From NCBI GenBank assembly GCA_964016885.1, contig OZ024745.1, positions 85,622,001-85,686,000 of the forward strand: a DNA stretch of 64,000 nucleotides, in the 5' to 3' direction. This document shows positions 13,236 to 27,446 of the stretch, one piece after another (positions within the stretch are counted from its first letter, which is position 1; every line of letters begins with the position of its first letter). The DNA is from Eledone cirrhosa (taxonomy: Eukaryota). The notes beneath the pieces are model-generated. The model did no database searches. It worked only from the letters and a program-made list of their open reading frames with translations, and had not been told where the DNA came from. Made by a program: the position numbers and the translations under genes.

Positions 13236-13280
13236 TGCTCCGAAGAACCCAAACTCGGTTTGGATGAAGCAATTGTAAGC
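13236..13280 (+). ncRNA. Degenerate family E HHR (U4C, A15.1G)
   Basis: tgct-CCGAAGA-stem II-GAAG-CAATTG-TA-agc. Confidence 0.55.
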
Positions 13281-13534
13281 TAATAAATGGTTTGAACATA
13301 ACTTTGATTCCTGTGAATTCTATATAACTGCTCTCTAGAACAAATGATGTTATTACATTGAGCTATTTATCTTACTGGTAATAAGGTAGTAATAAATTAC
13401 TGTCTTTCACTGCTTAGGGTTTAAAATATATATAACTATAAATAGTTTTAGTATATACATAACCATAAATAGTATCCTTAATATTAATATATATTATATA
13501 TATAGATTATATATATATATATATTATATATATA

Positions 13535-13607
<73 letters not shown>

Positions 13608-13617
13608 AACCAGTAAG

Positions 13618-13711
13618 ACCCCGACAGCTGAGCTCAAGCCGTTTCGACGGCTAATTCTGGACTAAATGAAAATTTATCCTGGTATTTAAATAGCCGATCT
13701 TCTCAAGGGGT
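13618..13711 (-). ncRNA. HHR, U3-A8 variant (antisense arm copy)
   Basis: Reverse complement of 15722-15815. Confidence 0.75.
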
Positions 13712-15721
13712 AATTCCATATATGGTCAAAGTGATTGTCAAAAATCAGTAGTAATTCTGTGGTTGCAAATTAGTAGGGGAGATGGTGGCTAAACCTGCCA
13801 GTAGGAGAAAGAGGGGGTGGAGTAGACCCAATCAAGCGTTTGTAGTGCCAGCTACAGCTGGGCATGAGGTCAAAGAAGATACAGGGGAGGGGGAGGGGGA
13901 AGAAGTCGGAACGGTAGGTAGAACAGTGGGGGGTAGAAATATATAGGAAAGAAAAAATACTGAGAGTGAAGAAAAGCAAATAAGTGTAAAGAAAAACAAA
14001 TGAGTGTAAAGAAAAAAGTAAAGTAAATTAAATTCTACGACCTAGGTCTCTAGCTATTGTTAGGCTAGAATAAATAAATAAATAAAGAAAGAAAGAAGTA
14101 AAGAAAGAAATAAAGAAATAACGAAATAAGTAAAAGAACTAGGTGGGACGGATTAGGCGAGGACCCTTTTAAGAGGTATAAGTACGTAAATGATACGGTG
14201 ACTGGTCAACAAAAGAGGCCAAAATACTAAAGAGACTACTACGAAATAAACAATAAAGGTTTCCATCCCGGGCACAATTCCAGCAACCACCCAGTGCAGC
14301 AAAGTGAACTAATACGAGATAATAATTCTGAGTCCCGAGAAAAATATATACTAATGCTAACTCTAAAAGATCTAAAACAATCTACATGAAAGTTCGTACG
14401 AAGTAAAGGTAGAATACGGAAAAATAAATTCAGAATCCACCCCGCCCAAAAGAAAAGCGAAGAAAGAAATACTGAAACGAAAAAATAAGGCATAAGTGCC
14501 ACTAAGAAATATAGAGGGCACAGAGAATAGTGGGAGCGGTCGGAAAAAGGGGACAAGTATCCGGGGTCTAAACCAACTGCTATAAAGGGCGGAGTCCGCC
14601 AAATCTATCCTAGACTAGGGGAGGGGGTGGGGGTACTAAGGCTACAAGGGGCCAAAGATCTTCTTTGTATTCTTTTATCGCTTCCTTTATTTCCTTCCTT
14701 CCCCCCTCTCTCCTTAGTCCTTCTACCCCAGCTCTTCTCCTTTGTCGGCGTCTTTTCTCGCCCACCCGAGGCTGCCCTTTGGCCCCTTGTAGCCTTAGTA
14801 CCCCCACCCCCTCCCCTAGTCTAGGATAGATTTGGCGGACTCCGCCCTTTATAGCAGTTGGTTTAGACCCCGGATACTTGTCCCCTTTTTCCGACCGCTC
14901 CCACTATTCTCTGTGCCCTCTATATTTCTTAGTGGCACTTATGCCTTATTTTTTCGTTTCAGTATTTCTTTCTTCGCTTTTCTTTTGGGCGGGGTGGATT
15001 CTGAATTTATTTTTCCGTATTCTACCTTTACTTCGTACGAACTTTCATGTAGATTGTTTTAGATCTTTTAGAGTTAGCATTAGTATATATTTTTCTCGGG
15101 ACTCAGAATTATTATCTCGTATTAGTTCACTTTGCTGCACTGGGTGGTTGCTGGAATTGTGCCCGGGATGGAAACCTTTATTGTTTATTTCGTGGTAGTC
15201 TCTTTAGTATTTTGGCCCCTTTTGTTGACCCGTCACCGTATCATTTACGTACTTATACCTCTTAAAAGGGTCCTCGCCTAATCCGTCCCACCTAGTTCTT
15301 TTACTTATTTCGTTATTTCTTTATTTCTTTCTTTACTTCTTTCTTTCTTTATTAATTTATTTATTCTAGCCTAACAATAGCTAGAGACCTAGGTCGTAGA
15401 ATTTAATTTACTTTACTTTTTTCTTTACCTCATTTGTTTTTCTTTACACTTATTTGCTTTTCTTCACTCTCAGTATTTTTTCTTTCCTATATATTTCTAC
15501 CCCCCATTGTTCTAACTACCGTTCCGACTTCCTCCCCCTCCCCCTCCCCTGTATCTTCTTTGACCTCATGCCCAGCTGTAGCTGGCACTACAAACGCTTG
15601 ATTGGGTCTACTCCACCCCCTCTTTCTCCTACTGGCAGGTTTAGCCACCATCTCCCCTACTAATTTGCAACCACAGAATTACTACTGATTTTTGACAATC
15701 ACTTTGACCATATATGGAATT

Positions 15722-15815
15722 ACCCCTTGAGAAGATCGGCTATTTAAATACCAAGATAAATTTTCATTTAGTCCAGAATTAGCCGTCGAAACGGCTTGAG
15801 CTCAGCTGTCGGGGT
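15722..15815 (+). ncRNA. Type I HHR, U3-A8 variant
   Basis: acccc-TTGAGAA-gatcggcta...tagccgtc-GAAA-cggct tgagctc agctg-TC-ggggt; GUC cleavage triplet. Confidence 0.8.
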
Positions 15816-15906
15816 CTTACTGGTTCCTATTACCCACTCTACTACCTCAAGTATTGAGTACTTTGGTGCGTTATGGTCCACCTGGTTCCTAACCACATTT
15901 CCTTCG

Positions 15907-15961
<55 letters not shown>

Positions 15962-15991
15962 ATTATATATATATATTATATATATATATAT

Positions 15992-16023
<32 letters not shown>

Positions 16024-16034
16024 ATATTTATTAA

Positions 16035-16320
16035 TGTAGAAGTTCTATTTAAATTGTTGGGATACAACAAGCAAATATTTTTATTACTGATATAAAGCAC
16101 TCAACAAATTATTGGAGTAAAAATACGATATATTAACAAATGGAAACTATATTTATAAAATCATAGTTTCTATTTGTTAATATATTATACATATTTCAAG
16201 GACACCAAGTTCAATTATGGTGTGATTTCATCCGGGAGCTTCCAACAGAAATGGTGGCATTCTTTAAGGATGTCAATATTTATTCATAAACTGATCTGTA
16301 TTATATTTTATCTGATGATA
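16035..16320 (-). mobile_element. Rearranged family-B-related fragment
   Basis: Matches the tail of 10850-10982 in reverse; truncated HHR halves. Confidence 0.6.
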
Positions 16321-16367
16321 TTTATATATATATTATATGTATATATATATTATATATATATATAAAT

Positions 16368-16469
<102 letters not shown>

Positions 16470-16975
16470 AAAGAATAGAGGTGTAACACACAAGTTATTA
16501 TATATTGGTAAACGGAATAGAAAATGCTGACAAATTGTTCACAGTTGAAAATGGTTTAATTAGGAATAAAAGAGTATTAGTGATTGTATGGGTTAGTATT
16601 CAGTTGTGGTTTTAAGTTTTTAAGTTTTTACCGGTTGCGCATTTCTAAATACTTTTCAAAAATAATTTTGAGATAGAGTGTACGTGCTGTTTGCTCTGAT
16701 CTGATTAGTTTTGGGAATTCTACCTGTTTTTATGTTAAAAAAGTGGCTCCAGCGTTATTTTTGTGTTGCAAAAATTCTTGTGGTCAAAACAATTTTGATT
16801 GGTCGGTAGAGGTCATGTGAATGTAAAAAGTTGATTTTGCGCCAAGACTGTTTTTATGTTAAAAAAGTGGCTCCAGCAAAAATCTTGGTCAAAACAATTT
16901 TGATTGGTCGGTAGAGGTCATGTGAATAAAAAATTGGTTTTGCGCCAAGATTGAGAAATGACTCTTTCACAACAA

Positions 16976-17075
<100 letters not shown>

Positions 17076-17153
17076 TAGTAGTAGTAGTAAGGTGTTCGAT
17101 GCTGCGACAATGGCCAGCAGCGATGTGTGTCAAATGGCTATTAAGATAAGTGT

Positions 17154-17588
17154 GTGTGTGCCACAACAACGAAACCCACAGTAAAAAAATGCGATAGATC
17201 CAACTGTGGCATTTGCATCAACCTAATAGAGGGTTCGGAATTCTATTTCAAAGATGGACAACGTTTTATAGTAAAACACAATTTCACATGTGCATCGGAA
17301 AATCTAATATATGTATTAACTTGTTCAGGTTGTCCAGAACAATACATAGGCCAGACCAAAAACAACCTCCGCCAACGCATGACTGTCCATAGATCCCAAA
17401 TTAAAATACGAGAATACAGGAAAATACCACTGAGTGAACACATTGATACCTGTGCCGCCCCAAATCATCCCAACTTCAGAATCTTTCCCCTCTACAAATT
17501 TAAAGATAATGCCACCCACACCCAGCGCATCAGCAAGGAATCTTACTTCATTAACAAATACGGACCCCGTCTAAACACTTCTCCCTAA
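17154..17588 (+). CDS. PLE GIY-YIG endonuclease domain with upstream Cys motif (Neptune-like), 5'-truncated
   Basis: KKCDRSNCGIC...FTCASENLIYVLTCSGCPEQYIGQTKNNLRQRMTVH...ESYFINKYGPRLN; open frame. Confidence 0.85.
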   Translation: MCATTTKPTVKKCDRSNCGICINLIEGSEFYFKDGQRFIVKHNFTCASENLIYVLTCSGCPEQYIGQTKNNLRQRMTVHRSQIKIREYRKIPLSEHIDTCAAPNHPNFRIFPLYKFKDNATHTQRISKESYFINKYGPRLNTSP

Positions 17589-17731
17589 GACGAACACACA
17601 CACAACATACACACGTCAACATACATACCTACATCAGCACACATCTCTACCCACATATAAACACAATTACACACGTAAACACACATTTTCTATGGTGCAA
17701 TACAGGGAAATATATGTGCATATATATGTAT

Positions 17732-17775
<44 letters not shown>

Positions 17776-17984
17776 AATATATGTATGTGTATATATATAT
17801 AGTGGATATCATTTCACAATTTTATTGTTAAAATGTTTGATGTTCTATTAAGAGAACCGATTTTACTGAAAAAATCGAATAATGTACACCATTTTACCAG
17901 GGGGGAAAAATACTGGTCCCCCCCCACACATATATATATATACACAAACACATACACACGCGTACATCAACATACAAAGAGACT

Positions 17985-18023
<39 letters not shown>

Positions 18024-18205
18024 ATCTTTTGACATGTTAAAATACCCCCCATTGCTTTCAGACACATTCTTACTGACCATCCCTACCACCACGAATCACT
18101 CTGCTATACACACACACACACACACTCACACACACACTTATCTTAATAGCCATTTGACACACATCGCTGCTGGCCATTGTCGCAGCATCGAACACCTTAC
18201 TACTA

Positions 18206-18263
<58 letters not shown>

Positions 18264-18575
18264 TTGTTGTGAAAGAGTCATTTCTCAATCTTGGCGCAAA
18301 ACCAATTTTTTATTCACATGACCTCTACCGACCAATCAAAATTGTTTTGACCAAGAATTTTTGCTGGAGCCACTTTTTTAACATAAAAACAGTCTTGGCG
18401 CAAAATCAACTTTTTACATTCACATGACCTCTACCGACCAATCAAAATTGTTTTGACCACAAGAATTTTTGCAACACAAAGATAACGCTGGAGCCACTTT
18501 TTTAACATAAAAACAGGTAGAATTCCCAAAACTAATCAGATCAGAGCAAACAGCACGAACACTCTATCTCAAAAT

Positions 18576-18615
18576 TATTTTTGAAAAGCATTTAGAAATG
18601 CGCAACCGGTAAAAA
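18576..18615 (+). ncRNA. HHR-like motif, U3-A8 plus A13C (probably inactive)
   Basis: ttt-TTGAAAA-gcattt ag aaatgc-GCAA-CCGG-TA-aaa; mirror copy at ~16625-16664. Confidence 0.5.
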
Positions 18616-18765
18616 CTTAAAAACTTAAAACCACAACTGAATACTAGCCCATACAATCACTAATACTCTTTTATTCCTAATTAAACCATTTTTCAACTGT
18701 GAACAATTTGTCAGCATTTTCTATTCCGTTTACCAATATATATATATATATATATATCATATATA

Positions 18766-18868
<103 letters not shown>

Positions 18869-18969
18869 GTGTGAATGAAGTAATTCCGTCGGAAAGGTCC
18901 AGGAAAAAAGAGTGCTCTATGTAGGTTACAGAGCTTAATAGTTATGTAATAAACAACATGAGGCAATTA

Positions 18970-19030
18970 TTTCATTTACCAGTGGTTTCTTAAAAGCAAA
19001 CAAATTTTTCTTTCAATCATCAGAATGAAA
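18970..19030 (-). ncRNA. Type I HHR (family C)
   Basis: Minus strand: tttcatt-CTGATGA-ttgaaag..cttttaa-GAAA-CCACTGG-TA-aatgaaa. Confidence 0.8.
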
Positions 19031-19325
19031 AAATCCTGGTGTATTTATTGACATTGTATTTTAAAAACAAAAATATAATCTATATGAAAGTGAGGCTGGA
19101 AAAGGAAGAAGGAAAGGAAAAATAAACACACATGGACACCACACACAATTACATACACACACATATATACATACACATATATATACACACACATACACAC
19201 ACACATATATATGTTTATATATATATATACATACACATACATATACACATACATACATGCACACATATATATCAACATATCCATACATACACATACACAC
19301 AAATACACAAACACGAACACACACA

Positions 19326-19361
<36 letters not shown>

Positions 19362-19499
19362 CATACACACAATCATACATATATACACACGTACATACAC
19401 ACACATACATACACACATATATACACTCATACATACGCATGCACAAATATAGATATATGTACACACACCTACATACGCACACACACAAATAATTAATAT

Positions 19500-20801
19500 T
19501 TCAAAATTAGAAGAAGACATTATCTTTCATGCTAGAAATACTTTACTCTTTACTAATGAAAGTATTTGGGTTAAAAAGTCAAACCCTGAAAACTCTTTTG
19601 AAGTTGCAATGGGTTCATATAACAGTGCGGATGTGTGTGACTTAGTAGGATTATTCCTTCTCCACACCCTCAAAGAGAAATTTTCTTCCCATAATATCGG
19701 TTTATACCATGATGACGGAATGGCAGTTTCTCATACCACCAACGGCCATAACCTTGATAAATTCCGTAAAGATTTAATCAATACTTTTGCTAATCTTAAC
19801 CTTAAAATTACTATAGATACGAACCTTACCAATGCTAACTTTCTTGACATTAATCTTGATCTACTTACTGCCTCTTATAAACCTTATCATAAACCTAACG
19901 AAAATCTTAGATATATACACAAAGAGTAGTGCCATCCCCATATAGTTTAAAAAAATCTTATTCCCAACATTAGCCGTAGGATTTCTACCTTATCTTCGTC
20001 TCTAGACATTTTTAATAAAGCCGGTCCTTATTATAATAACGCCCTTAATAACAGCGGATTTACAGAAGAAATTTATTATTTACCTACTTCCCCCCCTAAA
20101 ACTAACCACAGTAATAAGAAAAGGAAAATTATTTGGTTTACACCCCCCTTCTCTCTAACTGTCACAACTAATGTAGGAAGGAAATTCCTTGACCTCTTAG
20201 ATGAACATTTTCCTCTTAATCATAGATATTATAAGATATTTAATAGGAATGTAGTTAAGATCAGTTACTCTTGTTGCCCATCAATGGGGTCTAAGATCAC
20301 TAATTCAAATCGTACGAGAACAAATCCAGGATGCAGTTGCAGGAAGCCGGATGAAGGCCCATTACAGGGCAAATGTAACACCAAATCCGTTGTATATGAG
20401 GCCAAAATGACACCTTTAATTAACAACGAGCCAGCCAGGAGTGAACGATATGTTGGCATGACCGAGGACAGGTTTAAACCCAGGTTTTATGCACATGTCG
20501 CATCTTTTAAACACTCCGATAAAGAACACCAACGGCTCTCGCAAATAAGGTGTGGGAATTCAAGAATAAAAACATCCCGTACTCTATCGATTGGTCTATT
20601 TTAGACCATTTGAGGGAGTACCAAAGGGGAACAAAGAATTGTTCTTTGTGTACCACTGAAAAATTTAGGATTTTACAAAACTTGAAAGCCACTTCAACTT
20701 ACCTGTACTCCAAGACCGAGATCTTCAGATGTTGTCCTCACCTGAAATCACATCTGATCTGTAACTGGATTGACATTCCTACGATAACTCAACCACCTTG
20801 A
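19500..20801 (+). pseudogene. Decayed Naiad-like RT + GIY-YIG
   Basis: MGSYNSADVCDLVGLFLL, GLYHDDG, NFLD, WFTPP, CSC..PL..C, YVGMT..FK.R, CSLC..E..C.H; stops and frameshifts. Confidence 0.9.
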
Positions 20802-21038
20802 ACTTCTTCTCTGCTCTCTACGCCTTACATCCACTACGGTTTTTTTACCTTCTGAATTCACTTTCTGTACTCTTATATTCTTTTTCTCCCTTATCTCCCC
20901 TTATATATCCAATGTCATTTATTTTCCTTATTTTCCCCCTACTTTCTACCTTATCCTTTACATTCCCACCTTTTTTATTTTTAGATATTTATTTCTGTGT
21001 GTGTGTGTCTGTTGGGCATATGTGTAAATATGTGTATG

Positions 21039-21091
<53 letters not shown>

Positions 21092-21185
21092 ATATGTATG
21101 TTTGTATGTATGTTTATTTGTTTATATATCTGTATGTATATGTATGTGTGTATATAATTGTATTTTATATGCTTCTGTTGTATTT

Positions 21186-21262
<77 letters not shown>

Positions 21263-21736
21263 GTGTGTGTGTGCGTGTGTATATTTGTGTGTGTGTATTT
21301 TTATAGAATTGTTTTTGTGTGTATATATATAATAGCCTCAGAAACGGCTTGAGCTCTGCCGTGGGGTTACACTTGTTCTTATATGTGTATATATATACGT
21401 ATATGTATGTATGTGTATATATGTGTGTGTGTATTTGTATGGTTGTGTGTGTGTATATATATATATATATATTGTATATGTATGTGTGTATGTATATGCA
21501 TAATTATATACAGTGATTTAATGCTTATTTTCATTGATCATTTGCTCCAGGAACTTGTTGAGTTCTCTAAATCAGCTATAAACATTTGTACCCTTTTCTA
21601 ATTATTTATTTATTTATTATTTGTCGTATTCCCAACTTTTTTTAATATATATAATATTTATGTATTTTCTTATATATAGATATGTGTGTGTGTGTATGTA
21701 TGTATATGTATGTGTATATATATGTTTGTGTATGTA

Positions 21737-21850
<114 letters not shown>

Positions 21851-22413
21851 AGAGTTAAACAGGGTTCATAAGAATACATCGAAGAATATATACATAATAA
21901 AATAATAAAATAATAAAATACATGGAACTCTTTTAACCATTACAAACTGTAGAGTGCTACTTATCCGATATCTGCATTGCTTTATTGTACTACAATAAAA
22001 CTCACCTCCTACATATATATATATGTATGTATATATGTATATATGTGTATGTGTGTGTATGTATATGTGTATGTATGTGTATATGTATATGTATATATAT
22101 GTGTATGTGTGTGTGTTTGTATGTATTTATTTTTATGTATGTATGTGTATGTGCAATTGTGTGTATTGCTTACCCCGTGTGTTTGTTCATTTATTTGTTG
22201 CCTGTATCGCTGTCAACTTTATAATAATTTTTATATTCATTTTTATTCTTATGTGACGGTATTTTTTTTATTATATTTTTTCTTTTAATTATTTGTGTGT
22301 GTGCGTATGTAGGTGTGTGTACATATATCTATATTTTTGTATGCGTATGTATGCGTGTATATATGTGTGTATGCATGCGTGTGTATGTACGTGTGTATAT
22401 GTATGATAGTGTG

Positions 22414-22449
<36 letters not shown>

Positions 22450-22452
<3 letters not shown>

Positions 22453-22505
22453 GTAAGTATGTATGTATACGTACATACATATATGTATACAGACGTGCAG
22501 TAGCA

Positions 22506-22557
<52 letters not shown>

Positions 22558-22991
22558 TACATACAGGTACACATACATATACGCACGCATCAGTTTAGCG
22601 GACGCTTATTATAACGCCGCTTTGTTCGTTTGTAAACAAACTGAACAGCCTGAATTTATGCCATACGGTGTTAAGGCAACCACGTCCCCTTTTTGTTCAA
22701 CACTGACACAGGAACGATGTACTAGTTTCAAGCTTGTTAGCTATCATCAGCACCGTATACCCATCTGCCAGATAGTTGAACGTTCGAAAGTATATACTTT
22801 CCTTATGAAAATTAACGGCTGAGCAGCCTAATTTGCATATTGAGTGAGTTAAATCGGTCAGGCATATCGAAAACGATAAGTTGAAAAAAATGAAAACGAA
22901 ATTTCATTTCTCACTCTTAGTATGGCACTTACTTAAATGTAAGTATGTATGTATACGTACATACATATATGTATACAGACGTACAGTAGCA

Positions 22992-23085
<94 letters not shown>

Positions 23086-23644
23086 TATATACATACAGGT
23101 ACACATACATATATGCACGCATCAGTTTAGCGGACGCTTATTATAACGCCGCTTTGTTCGTTTGTAAACAAACTGAACAGCCTGAATTTATGCCATATGG
23201 TGTTAAGGCAACCACGTCACCTTTTTGTTCAACACTGACACAGGAACGATGTACTAGTTTCAAGCTTGTTAGCTATCATCAGCACCGTATACCCATCTGC
23301 CAGATAGTTGAACGTTCGAAAGTATATACTTTCCTTATGAAAATTAACGGCTGAGCAGCCTAATTTGCATATTGAGTGAGTTAAATCGGTCAGGCATACC
23401 GAAGACGATAAGTTGAAAAAAAATGAAAACGTTGCCTTAACACCGTATGGCATAAATTCAGGCTGTTCAGTTTGTTTACAAGCGGCGTTATAATAAGCGT
23501 CCGCTAAAAAATGAAATGGTTGCCTTAACACCGTATGGAATAAATTCAGGCTGTTCAGTTTGTTTACAAACGAACAAAGCGGCGTTATAATAAGCGTCCG
23601 CTAAACTGATGCGTGCATATATGTATGTGTACCTGTATGTATAA

Positions 23645-23727
<83 letters not shown>

Positions 23728-23839
23728 TGCTACTGTACGTCTGTATACATATATGTATGTACGTATACATACATACTTACGTTTAAGTAAGTGCCATACT
23801 AAGAGTGAGAAATGAAATTTCGTTTTCATTTTTTTTCAA

Positions 23840-23840
<1 letters not shown>
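22450..23840 (-). mobile_element. Second retrozyme-like array (subfamily of 120-2360) with inverted end
   Basis: HHRs at 22714-22756 and 23246-23288 (minus; CTGATGA..GAAA-CTAG-TA), 532 bp apart; internal (TA)n; inverted part 23430-23840. Confidence 0.8.
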
Positions 23841-23883
<43 letters not shown>

Positions 23884-24156
23884 TGTGTGTGTGTGCGTGT
23901 TTGTGTATTTGTGTGTATCTGTATGTATGGTTATGTTGATATATATGTGTGTATGTATGTGTATATATATGTGTATGTATATATATATATACATATATGT
24001 GTGTGTGTGTATGTGTGTGTGTATATATATGTGTATGTATATATGTGTGTGTGTATGTGTGTTTATTTTTCCTTTCCATCTTCCTTTTCCAGCCTCACTT
24101 TCATATAGAATATATTTTTATTTTTAAAATCCAACGTCAATAAATACACCAGGATT

Positions 24157-24219
24157 TTTTCATTCTGATGATTGAAAGCAAAGTTTGTTTGCTTTTAAGA
24201 AACCACTAGTAAATGAAAT
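24157..24219 (+). ncRNA. Type I HHR (family C)
   Basis: tttcatt-CTGATGA-ttgaaagca..tgcttttaa-GAAA-CCACTAG-TA-aatgaaa. Confidence 0.75.
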
Positions 24220-24307
24220 AATTGCCTTATGCTGTTTATTACATAACTATATTTATATATATATATATTTATTTATATATATATATATACATTTATATAT
24301 ATATATT

Positions 24308-24346
<39 letters not shown>

Positions 24347-24409
24347 ATATATATACTTGTTAATTCGTATGTATATATATATTATATACATATATATATA
24401 TATATTATA

Positions 24410-24480
<71 letters not shown>

Positions 24481-24574
24481 ATATATAATATATATATATT
24501 ATATATATATATATTATATTATATATATATATTATATATTATATATATATATAATATATTATATATATATATTA

Positions 24575-24644
<70 letters not shown>

Positions 24645-24645
<1 letters not shown>

Positions 24646-25912
24646 AAAGACTTAGCTTCTACCTTCAATGAGTTAGGCCTTAGGATAACAGTAGCCACCA
24701 ACCTCTCTAGCATAGATTTCTTAGACATTAATTTAGACCTTCGCACACACACCACATACCCTTGCATAAGCTAAACGAGAAACTTAACTACATTCACAAG
24801 GACTCATGCCACCTTCCCACTGTTTTTAGAAACTTCGTTAAGAATATCAGTACTAGAATCTCAAACCTCTCCTCTAATAAGCCTATCTTTGACAGGGCGG
24901 CACCCTACTATAACACGGCGTTGGCTAACAGCGGCTTCTCGCAACCTGTCACCTACTCTCCCACTAACAACAACAGCAATAAGAAAATAAGCGCATCAAT
25001 AGACAAACTATCAGGTTCTCTCCTCCCTTCTCACTCAACGTTAAAACCAATGTAGGAAAAAATTTCTATCCCTCTTAGATAGACACTTCCCCATAGGTCA
25101 TAAATACCGCTCCATCTTTAACCGACACATAGTTAAACTAGGATACTCCTGCGCTAAGAACATGAAGGCCCACATCACCAACAGCGTTAGGAGCATCACA
25201 CCACCAGGGTGCTCTTGCCGTAAGCCTGAAACTTGTCCCCATCAACAGCAATGCAACACACCAGCTGTAATCTATGAAGCTGTGGTCACTTCCAACCGAC
25301 CAAACGAACCACAAGAGGTCAAATCCTATGTGGGCATGGCGTAGAGTCGATTCAAGGAGCGTTTCCTGAACCACCAGTCTACCTTCCAACACCCGGACAG
25401 ACGTTCATCCACGAAACTCGCGGGTCACGTATGGTCCCTCAAGGACTCACGTATAGGCTACTCCATTCAATGGAAAGCCATCACTAAGTCCAAGCCATAC
25501 GCAAGGGGAAATCCGACGTGTGGCTTATGTATTGACGAAGGAATAACTACCCTAAAGAGATTACGCAATAGTGATTGCCCAAACACGAGAAGTGAATTTT
25601 TCACGCGTTGTCCACACGTCACCAAACATCAATTGCATAACTACAAAGCTCCGGACTGATTCTTTATAATTTTATTTTTAATTCTTTTTATTTTATTTTC
25701 AACCTAAAAACTTTCCGGACTTTCGCAGGTATCTCCCTTACACATCACGCACTTAGTCTAGTATTGCCTGTGTGAAGTGACCGAGTTTCTGCGCATGCGC
25801 ATTCGTACGGTTTTCCTTCCTGTTCTTATAACCATACACATCCCGAGCTGAAGATCCGCGAAGGTCAAACAATTGTTCTCGGTATGGTGAACTAACTGTT
25901 GTGTAACCACTT
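24645..25912 (+). mobile_element. 5'-truncated Naiad-like PLE (thumb+EN pseudogene 24645-25660) with degenerate HHR at 25843-25882
   Basis: YIHKDSCH..RISNLSS..APYYN..CSC..CP..C..YVGM; ccgag-CTGAAGA-tcc..gg-CAAA-CAATTG-TT-ctcgg. Confidence 0.85.
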
Positions 25913-25913
25913 C

Positions 25914-25954
<41 letters not shown>

Positions 25955-25965
25955 GTATTTATATT

Positions 25966-25996
<31 letters not shown>

Positions 25997-26217
25997 ATGT
26001 AGAAGTTATATTTAATTTGTTCGGATACAACAAGCAAATATTTTTATAACTGATATAAAGCACTCAACAAATTGTTTATTTATATTTATTTACGTCAATA
26101 TCTATTTATAAAACTGATCTATATTATATTTTATCTGATGAAAGCGCACCATAATTTGACTTGGTGTCCTTGGAATATGTATAATGAAATAAATATGGTT
26201 TTATAAATATAGTTTCC

Positions 26218-26220
<3 letters not shown>
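25997..26220. mobile_element. Family-B-related fragment with degenerate HHR (GGAA)
   Basis: CTGATGA at 26135; tail in reverse at 25997-26075. Confidence 0.6.
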
Positions 26221-26273
<53 letters not shown>

Positions 26274-26474
26274 TATATATAATATATATATATTATATAT
26301 ATATATATTATATTATATATATATATTATATATTATATATATATATTATATATTATATATATATATTATATATTATATATATATATAATATATATATATA
26401 TATTATATATATATAATATATATATTTATTATATATATATTACATATATATATAGTATATATATATATTATATA

Positions 26475-26988
26475 GTATTTTCCGTAGTGTTGTAATATGA
26501 ATATTACACACAGTAGATGGACAGCTCACGTAGAGTTTGCTCGACGGTTCCAGTTGTAGTTTCAAAAGTAACCCGGAGAAAATAGAAGGATTTAAATGGA
26601 TACAGTTCAGTTAAAAGGAAGTTATTGACACGTGTTTCAATAACAGTTACATAACCTGAAAACAGCTGCTATCTACAAAGTATTAATTATGTAGACATTC
26701 AATATTTCAATATTATTATCAACTGTCATTTCATCAGAATAATTTTATTGAGAACCTGTTTGGTTTTTATAGAGAATATTAAGAGGGAGGGGTGAAGTTG
26801 TTAGAAGAATAGTTAAGGGAGTGGATAGAGATTTTTTTGAAATGACAGTTGATAATAACATTGAAATATTGAATGTCTGCATAATTAATACTTTGTAGAT
26901 AGCAGCTGTTTTCAGGTTATGTAACTGTTATTGAAACACGTGTCAATAAATTCCTTGTAACTGAACTGTATCCATTTAAATCCTTCTA
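26475..26988 (-). mobile_element. Short fold-back element with HHR at 26622-26742 (minus)
   Basis: Arms 26582-26732 and 26838-26988; ttatt-CTGATGA-aatgacagttg...taactgttatt-GAAA-CACGTG-TC-aataa. Confidence 0.8.
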
Positions 26989-27033
26989 TATATATATTAT
27001 ATATATATTATATATATATATATATATTATATA

Positions 27034-27076
<43 letters not shown>

Positions 27077-27129
27077 ATTATATATATATATTATATATAT
27101 ATATATTATATATATATATTATATATATA

Positions 27130-27318
27130 AAGGCGGTGGATTGGCAGTATCGGTAGAGGGTCGGACGCCATGCTTTCCCGCATAGTTACGTCCCTTTACG
27201 ATCTGAGTTCAAATCCCGCCGAGGTTGACTTTGCCTTTCATCCTTACGGGGTCGATAAAATATAGTACCAGTAATACACTGGGTAATTGCTGGACTTGTG
27301 CCTAACGTAGAAACAATT
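27130..27318 (+). mobile_element. tRNA-derived SINE
   Basis: Same family as 11949-12137; A and B boxes. Confidence 0.85.
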
Positions 27319-27351
27319 ATTTATATATATATTATATATATATATAATATT

Positions 27352-27389
<38 letters not shown>

Positions 27390-27401
27390 ATTATATATAT
27401 A

Positions 27402-27446
<45 letters not shown>

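Larger units (their letters stand above)
13604..15908 (+). mobile_element. ~1-kb-armed fold-back element (family F, PLE 3' region)
   Basis: Arms 13604-14657 and 14777-15829 with a ~120-bp spacer; mirrored ORF calls; 80-bp extra tail. Confidence 0.9.

Noticed and set aside
14239-15663. Mirror-image ORF pairs as duplicated genes
   Set aside because: A by-product of the inverted arms; low-complexity sequence with no domain motifs.
17830-17900. Additional HHR-like strings here and near 11825, 21535, 43940, 44100
   Set aside because: I could not close stems I-III around a valid core.
27130-27215. tRNA gene
   Set aside because: The A/B boxes belong to a multi-copy SINE head; no clean cloverleaf.
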